Below are positions 38,253 through 47,085 of a stretch of 64,000 nt of DNA, piece after piece. The notes beneath the pieces are model-generated. The model searched no databases. It saw only the letters and a program-made list of their open reading frames with translations, and was not told the origin of the DNA. The DNA comes from a virus. Every line of letters begins with the position of its first letter. Within the stretch, counting starts at the first letter, position 1. Position numbers and translations under genes: made by a program. Location of the stretch: the IMG/VR virus record IMGVR_UViG_3300045421_000501, positions 1 to 64,000 of that record. One strand, written 5' to 3'.

Positions 38253-40543
38253 CAAGTCAAATATCAGTAAAAAAAAGAGACGGAAGAATTGAACTTTTAA
38301 ATTTAGATAAAATACATGTGATGGTTGATGAAGCATGTAGAGATCTTGCAGGAGTATCTGCATCTCAAGTTGAAATGACATCAGGAATTCAATTTTATAA
38401 TGGTATTACTACAGCAGAAATACAAGAAATTTTGATTCGTTCTGCATCTGATTTAATTTCATTAGAAACACCAAATTATCAGTATGTTGCAGCAAGACTT
38501 TTATTATTTTCTCTTCGAAAGTCTTTGTATGGTAAAAAGAAAGAATTTCCTTCTTTTATAAATCATATAAAATTTTGTATCAATAAATTAGTTTATGATT
38601 CAGAAATTCTTGACTCCTATAGTGAAGATGAGATTGATATACTTGATAGACATATCAATCATGAACGGGATTTTATTTTTACTTATGCTGGCATTCGTCA
38701 GGTAGTTGATAAATATTTGGTTCAGGATAGAAGTTCTGGGCAGGTATATGAGACTCCACAGTTTGCTTATATGATGATTGCAGCTACAATATTTGCAAAA
38801 TATTCAAAAGAAACTCGAATTTCTTATGTAAAGAGGTACTATGATGCAATCTCAAAACACAAAATCAACATTCCAACTCCCATCATGGCAGGAGTGCGAA
38901 CACCACTTCGTCAATTTGCATCTTGTGTTCTGGTTGATATTGATGACTCCCTCGATAGCATCTTTAGTTCTGATATGGCTATTGGCAAATACGTCGCACA
39001 GAGGGCTGGTATTGGCATTAATGTTGGTAGAATCCGTGGTATCAACAGTAAAATCAGAGGAGGAGAAGTTAAGCACACTGGTGTTATTCCTTTCCTTAAA
39101 AAGTTTGAATCAACTGTACGATGCTGTACGCAAAATGGAATCCGTGGGGGATCAGCTACTGCCCATTTTCCAATTTGGCATAAAGAAATAGAAGATATTA
39201 TTGTATTAAAAAATAACAAGGGAACCGAAGATAATCGTGTTCGTAAATTAGATTATTCAATTCAAATTAGTAAAATATTTTATGAGAGGTTTATTCAAAA
39301 TGGTGAGATTACGCTTTTCTCCCCACATGATGTTCCTGGACTTTATGATTCTTTTGGAACAGACAAGTTTGACGATTTGTATGTTAAATATGAAAACGAT
39401 TCGTCCATTCCGGCGAAAACTATTAAGGCACAAGAACTTATTCTTGATATCATTAAAGAAAGGGCAGAAACGGGTCGCATCTATATTATGAATATAGATC
39501 ACTGCAATTCTCATTCTTCATTTTTAGATAAAATTGAGATGAGCAATTTATGTCAAGAAATTACACTTCCAACAAGACCAATTGAACATATAGATTCAAA
39601 GAAAGGTGAAATCGCATTATGCATTCTTTCTGCAATTAATGTTGGAAGAGTAAAATCAGATGATGAACTAGAAGATCTTTGTGATCTTTCTGTTCGTTCT
39701 TTGGATGAATTGATTGATCATCAAAAGTATCCTGTAGTATCTGCAGAAATTGCTACAAAGGCACGGAGATCTCTTGGAATCGGTTTTATTGGTCTTGCAC
39801 ATTATCTTGCTAAACTTGGATTTAAGTATGAATCACAGGGAGCCTGGGACGCAGTTCATGGACTTGCAGAATCTTTTCAATATTTTTTATTGAAATCATC
39901 TTGTAATTTGGCAAAAGAAAAGGGTGCTTGCGAATACTACAATCGAACAAAATATTCTTGTGGAATTCTTCCAATAGATACATATAAGAAGGACGTGGAT
40001 GAAATTTCAAATATTCCTCTTCAACACGATTGGGAGGATTTACGATCAAAAATAAAACAATATGGTATTAGGAATTCTACTTTATCGGCACAAATGCCAT
40101 CTGAAAGTAGTTCAGTAGTCTCCAATGCTACGAATGGAATAGAACCTCCCAGAGCTTATCTATCAGTTAAAAAAAGTAAAAAGGGTCCACTGAAACAAAT
40201 AGTTCCTCAATATCAAACACTAAAAAATAACTATACCCTATTATGGGACATGCTTGATAATTCTGGATATATTCGAATTGTTGCAGTCATGCAAAAATTC
40301 TTTGATCAGGCAATCTCGGGAAATTGGAGTTATAATCCAGAACACTATTCCGACAATGAAGTTCCAGTATCAGTAATGGTGCAGGACTTACTTATAACCT
40401 ACAAGTTCGGATGGAAGACTTCTTATTATCAGAATACTTATGACAATAAATCTGATGAAATTGAAGTTAAACCTGAACTGAAATCACTTATAACAGAAAT
40501 TCTAGATTCAAAGGAAGACGATTGTGAAAGCTGCAAAATTTAG
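38249..40543 (+). CDS. nrdA: Ribonucleotide reductase class Ia alpha subunit
   Basis: ATP cone VKKRDG, PTPIMAG, ASCVL, SNLCQEI, C-terminal CESC. Confidence 0.97.
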   Translation: MTSQISVKKRDGRIELLNLDKIHVMVDEACRDLAGVSASQVEMTSGIQFYNGITTAEIQEILIRSASDLISLETPNYQYVAARLLLFSLRKSLYGKKKEFPSFINHIKFCINKLVYDSEILDSYSEDEIDILDRHINHERDFIFTYAGIRQVVDKYLVQDRSSGQVYETPQFAYMMIAATIFAKYSKETRISYVKRYYDAISKHKINIPTPIMAGVRTPLRQFASCVLVDIDDSLDSIFSSDMAIGKYVAQRAGIGINVGRIRGINSKIRGGEVKHTGVIPFLKKFESTVRCCTQNGIRGGSATAHFPIWHKEIEDIIVLKNNKGTEDNRVRKLDYSIQISKIFYERFIQNGEITLFSPHDVPGLYDSFGTDKFDDLYVKYENDSSIPAKTIKAQELILDIIKERAETGRIYIMNIDHCNSHSSFLDKIEMSNLCQEITLPTRPIEHIDSKKGEIALCILSAINVGRVKSDDELEDLCDLSVRSLDELIDHQKYPVVSAEIATKARRSLGIGFIGLAHYLAKLGFKYESQGAWDAVHGLAESFQYFLLKSSCNLAKEKGACEYYNRTKYSCGILPIDTYKKDVDEISNIPLQHDWEDLRSKIKQYGIRNSTLSAQMPSESSSVVSNATNGIEPPRAYLSVKKSKKGPLKQIVPQYQTLKNNYTLLWDMLDNSGYIRIVAVMQKFFDQAISGNWSYNPEHYSDNEVPVSVMVQDLLITYKFGWKTSYYQNTYDNKSDEIEVKPELKSLITEILDSKEDDCESCKI

Positions 40544-41738
40544 GAAGTCATCTAAAAGGACATCTAAAACAGTCAACTCGCAAAAAACAAAAATGGCCAT
40601 AGACGGAATGACCGTTTTTAATGATGCTTATGTTGACACCAAAAAACAACCAATGTTTTTTGGAGCACCTTTAGGAATTCAGAGATACGATACCTATAAA
40701 TATCCAATTTTTGAAAAACTTACTCAACAACAACTGGGATATTTTTGGAGACCTGAAGAAATTTCTCTTCAAAAGGATAGGGGAGATTACGAAAGTCTTC
40801 GTCCGGAACAAAAGCATATTTTTACTTCAAATTTGAAGTATCAAATTATGCTTGATTCTATTCAAGGACGTGCTCCAGGAATGGCATTTTCCCCATATTG
40901 TTCACTTCCGGAATTGGAAGGATGTATGAAAGTTTGGGAATTTATGGAAATGATTCATTCTCGTTCATATACTTATATTATTAAAAACATTTATTCTGAT
41001 CCCTCAGAAGTATTTGATACAATTATTGATGATGATCGAATTATGTCGAGGGCGAAAAGTGTAACTCAATCATATAATGATTTTATTATTGCTGCTCAGG
41101 AATTTGGAAGTAGTAATCAATGGAAGCATTCTTTAGAGGGTGTATCAAGTGCAAAATCTACTTTATATGAACTCAAAAGAAAATTATATCGAGCAGTTGT
41201 AAATGTTAATATTTTAGAAGGAATACGTTTTTATGTAAGTTTTGCATGTAGTTTTGCATTTGGCGAAATTAAACTCATGGAAGGATCCGCAAAAATTATT
41301 TCTTTGATTGCAAGAGATGAAAATCAACATCTAGCTTTGACTCAAAATATTATAAACAAATGGGCAAGCGGAGATGATCCAGAAATGATACAAATTTCTC
41401 AAGAAGAAAATGAAAATGTAATGCAAATGTTTAGAACTGCAGTGGAACAAGAAAAAGAATGGGCAAATTATTTGTTTAAAGATGGTTCTATGATTGGTTT
41501 AAATGAAAAACTTCTTTCTTCTTATGTTGAATGGATTGCTAATCGCAGAATGAAATCGATTGGAATAAAACCAATTTACGATATCTCTTCAAAAACAAAT
41601 CCTCTACCATGGACGGAACATTGGATTTCTTCAAAGGGACTTCAAGTTGCTCCTCAAGAAACAGAGGTTGAAAGTTATTTGGTTGGCGGAATTAAACAAG
41701 ATTTAAAGACAGATAGTTTTGCTGGATTTAAACTATAA
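40524..41738 (+). CDS. nrdB: Ribonucleotide reductase beta subunit
   Basis: FWRPEE, EMIHSRSY, EGIRFYVSF, RDENQH, APQETEVESY; start may be ATG 40593. Confidence 0.97.
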   Translation: MKAAKFRKSSKRTSKTVNSQKTKMAIDGMTVFNDAYVDTKKQPMFFGAPLGIQRYDTYKYPIFEKLTQQQLGYFWRPEEISLQKDRGDYESLRPEQKHIFTSNLKYQIMLDSIQGRAPGMAFSPYCSLPELEGCMKVWEFMEMIHSRSYTYIIKNIYSDPSEVFDTIIDDDRIMSRAKSVTQSYNDFIIAAQEFGSSNQWKHSLEGVSSAKSTLYELKRKLYRAVVNVNILEGIRFYVSFACSFAFGEIKLMEGSAKIISLIARDENQHLALTQNIINKWASGDDPEMIQISQEENENVMQMFRTAVEQEKEWANYLFKDGSMIGLNEKLLSSYVEWIANRRMKSIGIKPIYDISSKTNPLPWTEHWISSKGLQVAPQETEVESYLVGGIKQDLKTDSFAGFKL

Positions 41739-41743
41739 TTGTA

Positions 41744-41780
41744 AATAAATACCTCAAGTGGCATCCCATTTGAGGTATTT
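41744..41780 (+). promoter_or_regulatory. Late-promoter-like AATAAATA overlapping a 15-bp hairpin that hides the RBS
   Basis: AAATACCTCAAGTGG-CATC-CCATTTGAGGTATTT, with GAGG 7 nt before ATG 41783. Confidence 0.7.
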
Positions 41781-41782
41781 TT

Positions 41783-42121
41783 ATGAATTCTCAATCTGCT
41801 AAAGCAAAGGGTCGTCGTCTACAACAGTGGGTTCGAGAAAAATTAATTGAGGCACTTGATATACATCCAGAAGATATTGAAAGTCGTAGCATGGGTGCTG
41901 GTGGAGAAGATCTCGTCATGGCTCGTGCTGCTAGATTAAAGTTTCCACATAGCATTGAATGCAAAAATGTAGAGAAACTAAATATATGGGATGCATATGA
42001 ACAGGCAAAGGCAAACAGCAATCAATATGAACCTTTATTAGTAATTAAAAAAAATCATAAAAATCCTTTAGTAGTAATTGATGCTGAATATTTTATAAAA
42101 TTATTTGGAGATAATAAATGA
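41783..42121 (+). CDS. Holliday-junction-resolvase-like PD-(D/E)xK nuclease
   Basis: SAKAKGRRLQ, GEDL, SIECKN, EQA. Confidence 0.7.
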   Translation: MNSQSAKAKGRRLQQWVREKLIEALDIHPEDIESRSMGAGGEDLVMARAARLKFPHSIECKNVEKLNIWDAYEQAKANSNQYEPLLVIKKNHKNPLVVIDAEYFIKLFGDNK

Positions 42122-42804
42122 AAATAGATTTACATAGTTTTTTTAAATTTTATGATGATAAAAATCCGAAACATGTTGCTGCAGTAGAACAACTTGAAAA
42201 GGAATTGAAAGATTCTCCTCTAATGGACGATACTTCAAATTGGGTGAGAATTTACCGAAGTAAAGTTGATCGTCCAAAATCATCCATTCGTTTGGATGTT
42301 CCTTATTATCCGCAAACAGATAATTATCGGGATGCTCCACGCACCTGTAATTCATCTTCTTGTGCGATGTGCCTTCAATACTTCAAACCAGGAACTCTTA
42401 AGGGTGTGACTGGTGATGATGCTTATATTCAAAAAGTATTTTCAATTGGCGATACCACAGATCATACAGTTCAAACAAAAGTATTACAATCTTATGGTGT
42501 TTCTTCTGAGTTTAGTTATAATCTTTCTTTTGAGATTCTGGATTCTGAACTTGCTGCGGATCGTCCTGTAGTTATCGGTATTCTTCACCGTGGTCCATTA
42601 TCTGCTCCTACAGGCGGGCATATGGTGGTTGTAATTGGTAAAACAGAATCTGGTGATTATGTTGTAAATGATCCTTATGGAAGTTTGAATGATGGTTACA
42701 CTGGAAATGTGATGAATGGTAAAGGTGCGATTTATAAGAAATCAGAACTTATGTCTAGATGGTGTCCAAATAAAAACGATGGATGGGGGAGAATTTTCAA
42801 ATGA
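42118..42804 (+). CDS. Peptidase C39-like protein
   Basis: [11 protein letters not shown]...CNSSSCAM catalytic Cys, GGHMVVVIG His, VNDPYG Asp. Confidence 0.8.
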   Translation: MKIDLHSFFKFYDDKNPKHVAAVEQLEKELKDSPLMDDTSNWVRIYRSKVDRPKSSIRLDVPYYPQTDNYRDAPRTCNSSSCAMCLQYFKPGTLKGVTGDDAYIQKVFSIGDTTDHTVQTKVLQSYGVSSEFSYNLSFEILDSELAADRPVVIGILHRGPLSAPTGGHMVVVIGKTESGDYVVNDPYGSLNDGYTGNVMNGKGAIYKKSELMSRWCPNKNDGWGRIFK

Positions 42805-43475
42805 CAAACATCAGATTTGCAGATGCTGTAAAATACAATAAAGATACTCCTGAGCAACAAAAGGCTTGGGAGTATCTTCAAAATAATGTCCCAGCAAATA
42901 TTCTTGATGAGTTTGCAAGACTTTATCGTCTCAAACCAGTTTATGGAATGCAGTTAGTTACAAAGGAACAACTGGCTCATATTTGGGGATGTAGCACCAA
43001 TTTAATTTTAAGTGAAGAAATAGTAGAATTGAATAAGTGTCTAAATCAATTTGGAATTATTACACCAGTTCGTATTCGTCATTTTCTTTCACAGATTTCT
43101 CATGAATCTGGTGGTGGAAGATATAAGCAAGAACTTGCTTCAGGGGATGATTATGAATGGAGAAGTGATCTGGGAAATAATCAATCTGGAGATGGTCCTA
43201 AGTATAAGGGTGCTGGATATATTCAATTGACTGGTCGTGCAAACTATCAAGATTTTGCAAATTATATGAAAGATCCTAGAATTATGGAAGGTGTTTCTTA
43301 TGTTGCTAAAAATTATCCCTTTACTAGTGCTGGATTCTGGTGGCACAATAACAAAATGAATCAACTCTGTGATGCAAATCCTTCAGTTGAACAAGTTACT
43401 CGCAGAGTAAATGGTGGATATAATGGTCTGGATGATCGTAAGATGTATTATAAAAGATGTTGTTCTGTAATTTAA
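42801..43475 (+). CDS. GH19 (chitinase-like) endolysin
   Basis: [55 protein letters not shown]. Confidence 0.9.
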   Translation: MTNIRFADAVKYNKDTPEQQKAWEYLQNNVPANILDEFARLYRLKPVYGMQLVTKEQLAHIWGCSTNLILSEEIVELNKCLNQFGIITPVRIRHFLSQISHESGGGRYKQELASGDDYEWRSDLGNNQSGDGPKYKGAGYIQLTGRANYQDFANYMKDPRIMEGVSYVAKNYPFTSAGFWWHNNKMNQLCDANPSVEQVTRRVNGGYNGLDDRKMYYKRCCSVI

Positions 43476-43489
43476 TTTTTTACTTTTGC

Positions 43490-43518
43490 TTGACAAATCC
43501 TAAATAATCACTTATAAT
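43490..43518 (+). promoter_or_regulatory. Sigma70-like promoter
   Basis: TTGACA-N17-TATAAT perfect; a CTAAATA late-like box lies in the spacer. Confidence 0.8.
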
Positions 43519-43522
43519 GTTT

Positions 43523-43552
43523 AAGCAATTTTTAAAAAAAGATTGCTTTTTT
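43523..43552 (+). terminator. AT-rich hairpin with T run
   Basis: AAGCAATTTTT...AAAGATTGCTT followed by TTTT. Confidence 0.5.
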
Positions 43553-43575
43553 ATTATGAGATTTTGAGTGCGATT

Positions 43576-43641
43576 TAGAGCCGTGGAAAGTGCCCTTTGA
43601 GAAAAGGGTATACCCCCTTTCTATACGGATGTAGAGTTCTA
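43576..43641 (+). ncRNA. Candidate structured cis-regulatory RNA leader
   Basis: GC-rich island with nested stems TAGAG/TTCTA, CCGT/ACGG, GGAAAG/CTTTCT and TGCCCTTT-GAGA-AAAGGGTA, ending 9 nt before ATG 43651. Confidence 0.55.
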
Positions 43642-43650
43642 TTATTTTAA

Positions 43651-44310
43651 ATGCTATTTTCAACAATTACAGCCTTCTCAGTGTCTGCCTTAACTGCTTT
43701 CAATTCACCTTTATTACTTCCAGTGAATGAACCCCCAGCAGTTTCACAAGATAGTTTAGAGTTGACAATTCAAGACTATCTAAAAAGAGCAGAATCCAAA
43801 CCAGAAAAACCGAATATTGCAGAACAAGAAACAAAGGTCGAAAAAATAGAAAAGGTTTGGAAATGTAAAGGGTGTAATCATACCGAAACTTATACTTTGG
43901 AATACCTACAAAAACAAGGTATCAAAGATAAGAATGCTCTCGCCACCATTATGGGTAATATCAAACAAGAAAGTGATTTTATTCCAAACATTTGTGAAGG
44001 TGGTGCGATTACAAGATACGAATTTTGTAATGCTGGTTACGGATTAATTCAGTGGACTTCAAGTGACAGATATTACAGATTAGGTTCTGTTGCTCGTGCT
44101 GTTGGATTGAGTCCCTCATCATTGGAAGGTCAACTCAAACATATGTTGACTGAACCTCAATGGAAAGAGATTGAATATCAAATGAAATCTCCTGGAAGAT
44201 CTATTGACGGTTATATGAATGTTGCTTATCGTTGGATTGGTTGGGGCATTCATGGTGCTCGCACCAACTTTGCTTATCGATACGCAAATAAAATGTATCT
44301 CGATAGTTGA
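43651..44310 (+). CDS. Secreted phage-tail-lysozyme-like cell wall hydrolase
   Basis: Hydrophobic N-terminus; ATIMGNIKQES and GYGLIQWT motifs. Confidence 0.75.
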   Translation: MLFSTITAFSVSALTAFNSPLLLPVNEPPAVSQDSLELTIQDYLKRAESKPEKPNIAEQETKVEKIEKVWKCKGCNHTETYTLEYLQKQGIKDKNALATIMGNIKQESDFIPNICEGGAITRYEFCNAGYGLIQWTSSDRYYRLGSVARAVGLSPSSLEGQLKHMLTEPQWKEIEYQMKSPGRSIDGYMNVAYRWIGWGIHGARTNFAYRYANKMYLDS

Positions 44311-44318
44311 ATAAATAT

Positions 44319-44345
44319 GGGAAGACTGGCCATCTTCCCTTTTTT
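44319..44345 (+). terminator. Rho-independent terminator
   Basis: GGGAAGA-CTGGCCA-TCTTCCC followed by T6. Confidence 0.75.
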
Positions 44346-44756
44346 ATGAATTTTAACTTTGGAAAGAAATCAAAAAGTATTTTTCAATACGCAATTATTG
44401 GAATCGTCTTTACTTCAATTGTAACTGGAGTTTCTAGATGTACCAAGATTCCAGAAGAGCAACTTTATGATATTGTAGATGAAGTTCAAAGAAAACTTCC
44501 TGGAAAACCTTTGAATGATTATATAATCACAGATCCAGTTCTTTTGGATCGTAGAGTCAAAAGAGATGTAGACAGAGCAATTCGTGTCGTGGCACCAGAG
44601 TATGATCGGATTATTTCCGATTATGATAAAAAATATAAACAAAAATACGTAGAAGAAAAAAATGATGAAACATTATGCTATACTGATGAATGTAAAACAC
44701 TTGCTCCGCCAATGAGAATCTGTTCTCCATGGATTGACGATTGCTCTAAAGAATGA
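44346..44756 (+). CDS. Membrane-anchored hypothetical protein
   Basis: N-terminal TM segment, Cys-rich C-terminus CYTDECK..PPMRICSPW; ATG 44346 preferred. Confidence 0.65.
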   Translation: MNFNFGKKSKSIFQYAIIGIVFTSIVTGVSRCTKIPEEQLYDIVDEVQRKLPGKPLNDYIITDPVLLDRRVKRDVDRAIRVVAPEYDRIISDYDKKYKQKYVEEKNDETLCYTDECKTLAPPMRICSPWIDDCSKE

Positions 44757-44762
44757 TATACT
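44734..44762 (+). promoter_or_regulatory. Sigma70-like promoter for the tRNA cluster
   Basis: TTGACG-N17-TATACT, 8 nt before the first tRNA. Confidence 0.65.
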
Positions 44763-44770
44763 ATGTTCAT

Positions 44771-44844
44771 GTCTCAGTAACTCAGTGGACAAGAGTATCC
44801 GCCTTCTAAGCGGTTAGCCGTTGGTTCGAATCCAACCTGAGACG
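44771..44844 (+). tRNA. tRNA-Arg(TCT)
   Basis: Acceptor GTCTCAG/CTGAGAC, anticodon loop CT-TCT-AA, GTTCGAATC T-loop. Confidence 0.92.
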
Positions 44845-44846
44845 TT

Positions 44847-44920
44847 CGGGCATTAGCGCAGTTTGGTAGCGCGTCCCGTTTGGGGCGGGAAGGTCAAAGG
44901 TTCAAATCCTTTATGCCCGA
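44847..44920 (+). tRNA. tRNA-Pro(TGG)
   Basis: CGGGCAT/ATGCCCG, TCCCG-TT-TGG-GG-CGGGA. Confidence 0.93.
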
Positions 44921-44923
44921 CTT

Positions 44924-44996
44924 GGAACCATAGCTTAGTTGGTAGAGCATTCGACTGATAATCGAAAGGTCATTGGTTCAAATCCAATTGGTTTCA
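44924..44996 (+). tRNA. tRNA-Ile(GAT)
   Basis: GGAACCA/TGGTTTC, TTCGA-CT-GAT-AA-TCGAA. Confidence 0.9.
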
Positions 44997-45005
44997 TCCT
45001 TTTTC

Positions 45006-45076
45006 GGGGAATTAGTTTAGTGGTAAAACAGATGCTTTGCAAGCATCAATCACCAGTTCGACTCTGGTATTCTCCA
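45006..45076 (+). tRNA. tRNA-Ala(TGC)
   Basis: GGGGAAT/ATTCTCC with G3:U70, GATGC-TT-TGC-AA-GCATC. Confidence 0.92.
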
Positions 45077-45141
45077 TTGCTCATATAAATATTTTGAGCA
45101 AGTTTGTACATAAAATTGAAGTAGCAACTTCATTATTATAT

Positions 45142-45213
45142 TCCCTTGTAGCTCAGCGGTAGAGTCGTCGGCTGTTAACCGATTTGTCGCAAGTTCGAAT
45201 CTTGCCGGGGGAG
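45142..45213 (+). tRNA. tRNA-Asn(GTT)
   Basis: TCCCTTG/CGGGGGA, GTCGG-CT-GTT-AA-CCGAT. Confidence 0.92.
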
Positions 45214-45215
45214 TT

Positions 45216-45286
45216 GCCCTATAAGCATTGTGGTGATGCAGCAGTTTTGTAAACTGCAGAGGATGGTTCAATTCCGTCATGGGGCT
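45216..45286 (+). tRNA. tRNA-Thr(TGT)
   Basis: GCCCTAT/ATGGGGC, GCAGT-TT-TGT-AA-ACTGC. Confidence 0.88.
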
Positions 45287-45314
45287 TGACAAAACAAATA
45301 ATACGTTTTATAAT
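45286..45314 (+). promoter_or_regulatory. Sigma70-like promoter for the L,D-transpeptidase gene
   Basis: TTGACA-N17-TATAAT perfect. Confidence 0.8.
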
Positions 45315-45334
45315 TTGTTTATCCGTGTGAAGGA

Positions 45335-45706
45335 ATGATGCTTGATACAATATTGACAATCGTGATAAGTCTTTCTCAACAGAAACTTTATGCTCATACT
45401 AGTGATGGAAATATTGTATCTTTTCCAGTTTCAACTGGAAAGAAATCTACACCGACTCCTATTACTGAAGATAAAATTTCGATAAAACGTAAAGTTACTG
45501 ATTTTTATGGACCGGGATATTACATTAAGGATGTTCCTTATGTGATGTGTTTGGATAAGTATCCTTCACACTGTATTCATCCAAATCTTTCTAGCAGACC
45601 TTTGGGACATCCTTATTCTGGTGGATGTATTCGTATGAATGAAAAAGATGTTCAATGGGTTTTTGAAAGAACACCATTGAATACTCCAGTTAAAATTATA
45701 TCTTAA
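45335..45706 (+). CDS. L,D-transpeptidase (YkuD) catalytic-domain protein
   Basis: ISLSQQKLY, FPVSTGK..TPTP, IH...LGHPYSGGCIRM, TPVKI. Confidence 0.85.
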   Translation: MMLDTILTIVISLSQQKLYAHTSDGNIVSFPVSTGKKSTPTPITEDKISIKRKVTDFYGPGYYIKDVPYVMCLDKYPSHCIHPNLSSRPLGHPYSGGCIRMNEKDVQWVFERTPLNTPVKIIS

Positions 45707-45820
45707 TAAATATAAGTAAATATGATATTTTAGACTGTTCTAATTTTCTAGATGAAATAAAAATATGTAAAGAAACAGTTAGAGAATATTTTAGAAAAAA
45801 AAGAATAATTTTTTTATTTT

Positions 45821-45892
45821 GCGGAATTAGTTCAGTGGTAGAACGCCATCCTTCCAAGTTGGATGTCACCGGTTCGAATCCGGTATTCCGCT
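45821..45892 (+). tRNA. tRNA-Gly(TCC)
   Basis: GCGGAAT/ATTCCGC, loop CT-TCC-AA. Confidence 0.92.
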
Positions 45893-45895
45893 TAT

Positions 45896-45975
45896 GCCCA
45901 AGTGGTGAAACTGGTATACACGCTTGACTTAGGATCAAGTGCTTCGGCGTGGAGGTTCGAGTCCTCTCTTGGGCA
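45896..45975 (+). tRNA. tRNA-Leu(TAG)
   Basis: GCCCAAG/CTTGGGC, CTTGA-CT-TAG-GA-TCAAG, long variable arm. Confidence 0.93.
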
Positions 45976-46010
45976 TGTATAAAAACCATATATAAAAATA
46001 AATATCTGCA

Positions 46011-46598
46011 ATGAAAGAACTTTGTAAAAATTTATATACATGTCACTTAGGATTCGATTGGTGTACACCAGAAGAACTTTCAATTATTGAAAATAAACTT
46101 ATAATTGGACATCTATTTAGAAAAAAATATTATAATACACGTCAATATTCCTACCCCAATATTTTTGTAAATTCACGCATTGAACATCTAATTAAAATAA
46201 TAAAAACTAAAATATTTGAATGTTTTCCAAAAGTTATTTTGGAAAATGAAGAACCAAATAAATTTTTTTACATATCAAATTTAGATTGGGGAAAATGTGT
46301 GTTGCATCATCATTTAAATATTCCTAATCATTTGCGTAGTGTTGTTTGCGATCTGTCTAAATATGAGAAAGGAATAACCACAGTTTTTTATTTAAAAAAG
46401 CAAATAATAAATCAATACGATGGGGCATTTGCTTATCTATTGAATGATAGATGCTATATTCATCAAGGAATTGCTGGGGACTTATTAGTTTTGCCTTCGA
46501 ATGCATATCATGCACCATTATTAACTAAATCAAAGGAATATAGAATATCTTTGAATATTAATTTTAAAACTGTAAATAATATAAATGATTTTACATGA
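46011..46598 (+). CDS. Divergent 2OG-Fe(II) oxygenase-like protein
   Basis: LHHH, TVFYL, GDLLVLPSNAYHAP, RISLNINF. Confidence 0.6.
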   Translation: MKELCKNLYTCHLGFDWCTPEELSIIENKLIIGHLFRKKYYNTRQYSYPNIFVNSRIEHLIKIIKTKIFECFPKVILENEEPNKFFYISNLDWGKCVLHHHLNIPNHLRSVVCDLSKYEKGITTVFYLKKQIINQYDGAFAYLLNDRCYIHQGIAGDLLVLPSNAYHAPLLTKSKEYRISLNINFKTVNNINDFT

Positions 46599-46789
46599 AA
46601 AAAACCAAATTTCAAAAATTAATTCAAAAACCATTAAGATTTCATCATCAAGATATTCACGAAGAAATTGATAACATAAAGGTACTATTATATGAACTTA
46701 ACAATCAGATGCAAGGTTTGCAATACAGAATTGACCAGCTCCTCCAAAAAACAGATTTGTGGATGCCAGAATATGATGACGTTGAATGA
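46595..46789 (+). CDS. Hypothetical protein
   Basis: QKPLRFHHQDIHEE; coupled start; overlaps the next ORF. Confidence 0.5.
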   Translation: MKKTKFQKLIQKPLRFHHQDIHEEIDNIKVLLYELNNQMQGLQYRIDQLLQKTDLWMPEYDDVE

Positions 46790-46940
46790 TAATAAAATTT
46801 CTGCAGTTGACCTTTCTCAGGTGATTGTGGTAAAATCTATTAATTCATTTGAAGGAAAATATCTTTCGGATGAAGATCTTGAATATCAAGAATCTCGTAA
46901 GAAAAGAAAAGTTCGTAAAATGGAATTTGAAATTAAATAG
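46692..46940 (+). CDS. Hypothetical Zn-ribbon protein
   Basis: RCKVC...CGCQNM, ISAVDLS, RKKRKVRKMEFE. Confidence 0.65.
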   Translation: MNLTIRCKVCNTELTSSSKKQICGCQNMMTLNDNKISAVDLSQVIVVKSINSFEGKYLSDEDLEYQESRKKRKVRKMEFEIK

Positions 46941-47025
46941 GGAAAGGTGGCCGAGTGGTTTAAGGCAACAGTCTTGAAAACTGTCGAGGTGAAATCCTCC
47001 GTGAGTTCGAATCTCACTCTTTCCG
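46941..47025 (+). tRNA. tRNA-Ser(TGA)
   Basis: GGAAAGG/TCTTTCC, ACAGT-CT-TGA-AA-ACTGT, long variable arm. Confidence 0.93.
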
Positions 47026-47027
47026 TT

Positions 47028-47061
47028 TGCTCTTGACAACCGAGAGCATTTTTGCTATAAT
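47028..47061 (+). promoter_or_regulatory. Terminator hairpin overlapping a sigma70 promoter
   Basis: TGCTCTTG-ACAAC-CGAGAGCA-T5; TTGACA(47033)-N17-TATAAT(47056). Confidence 0.7.
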
Positions 47062-47085
47062 ACACGAGTAAACAAATTTTTAAAA

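Noticed and set aside
45710-45820. Possible gene remnant between the L,D-transpeptidase and tRNA-Gly
   Set aside because: A short AT-rich open stretch with no start codon or recognisable motif; cannot be supported.
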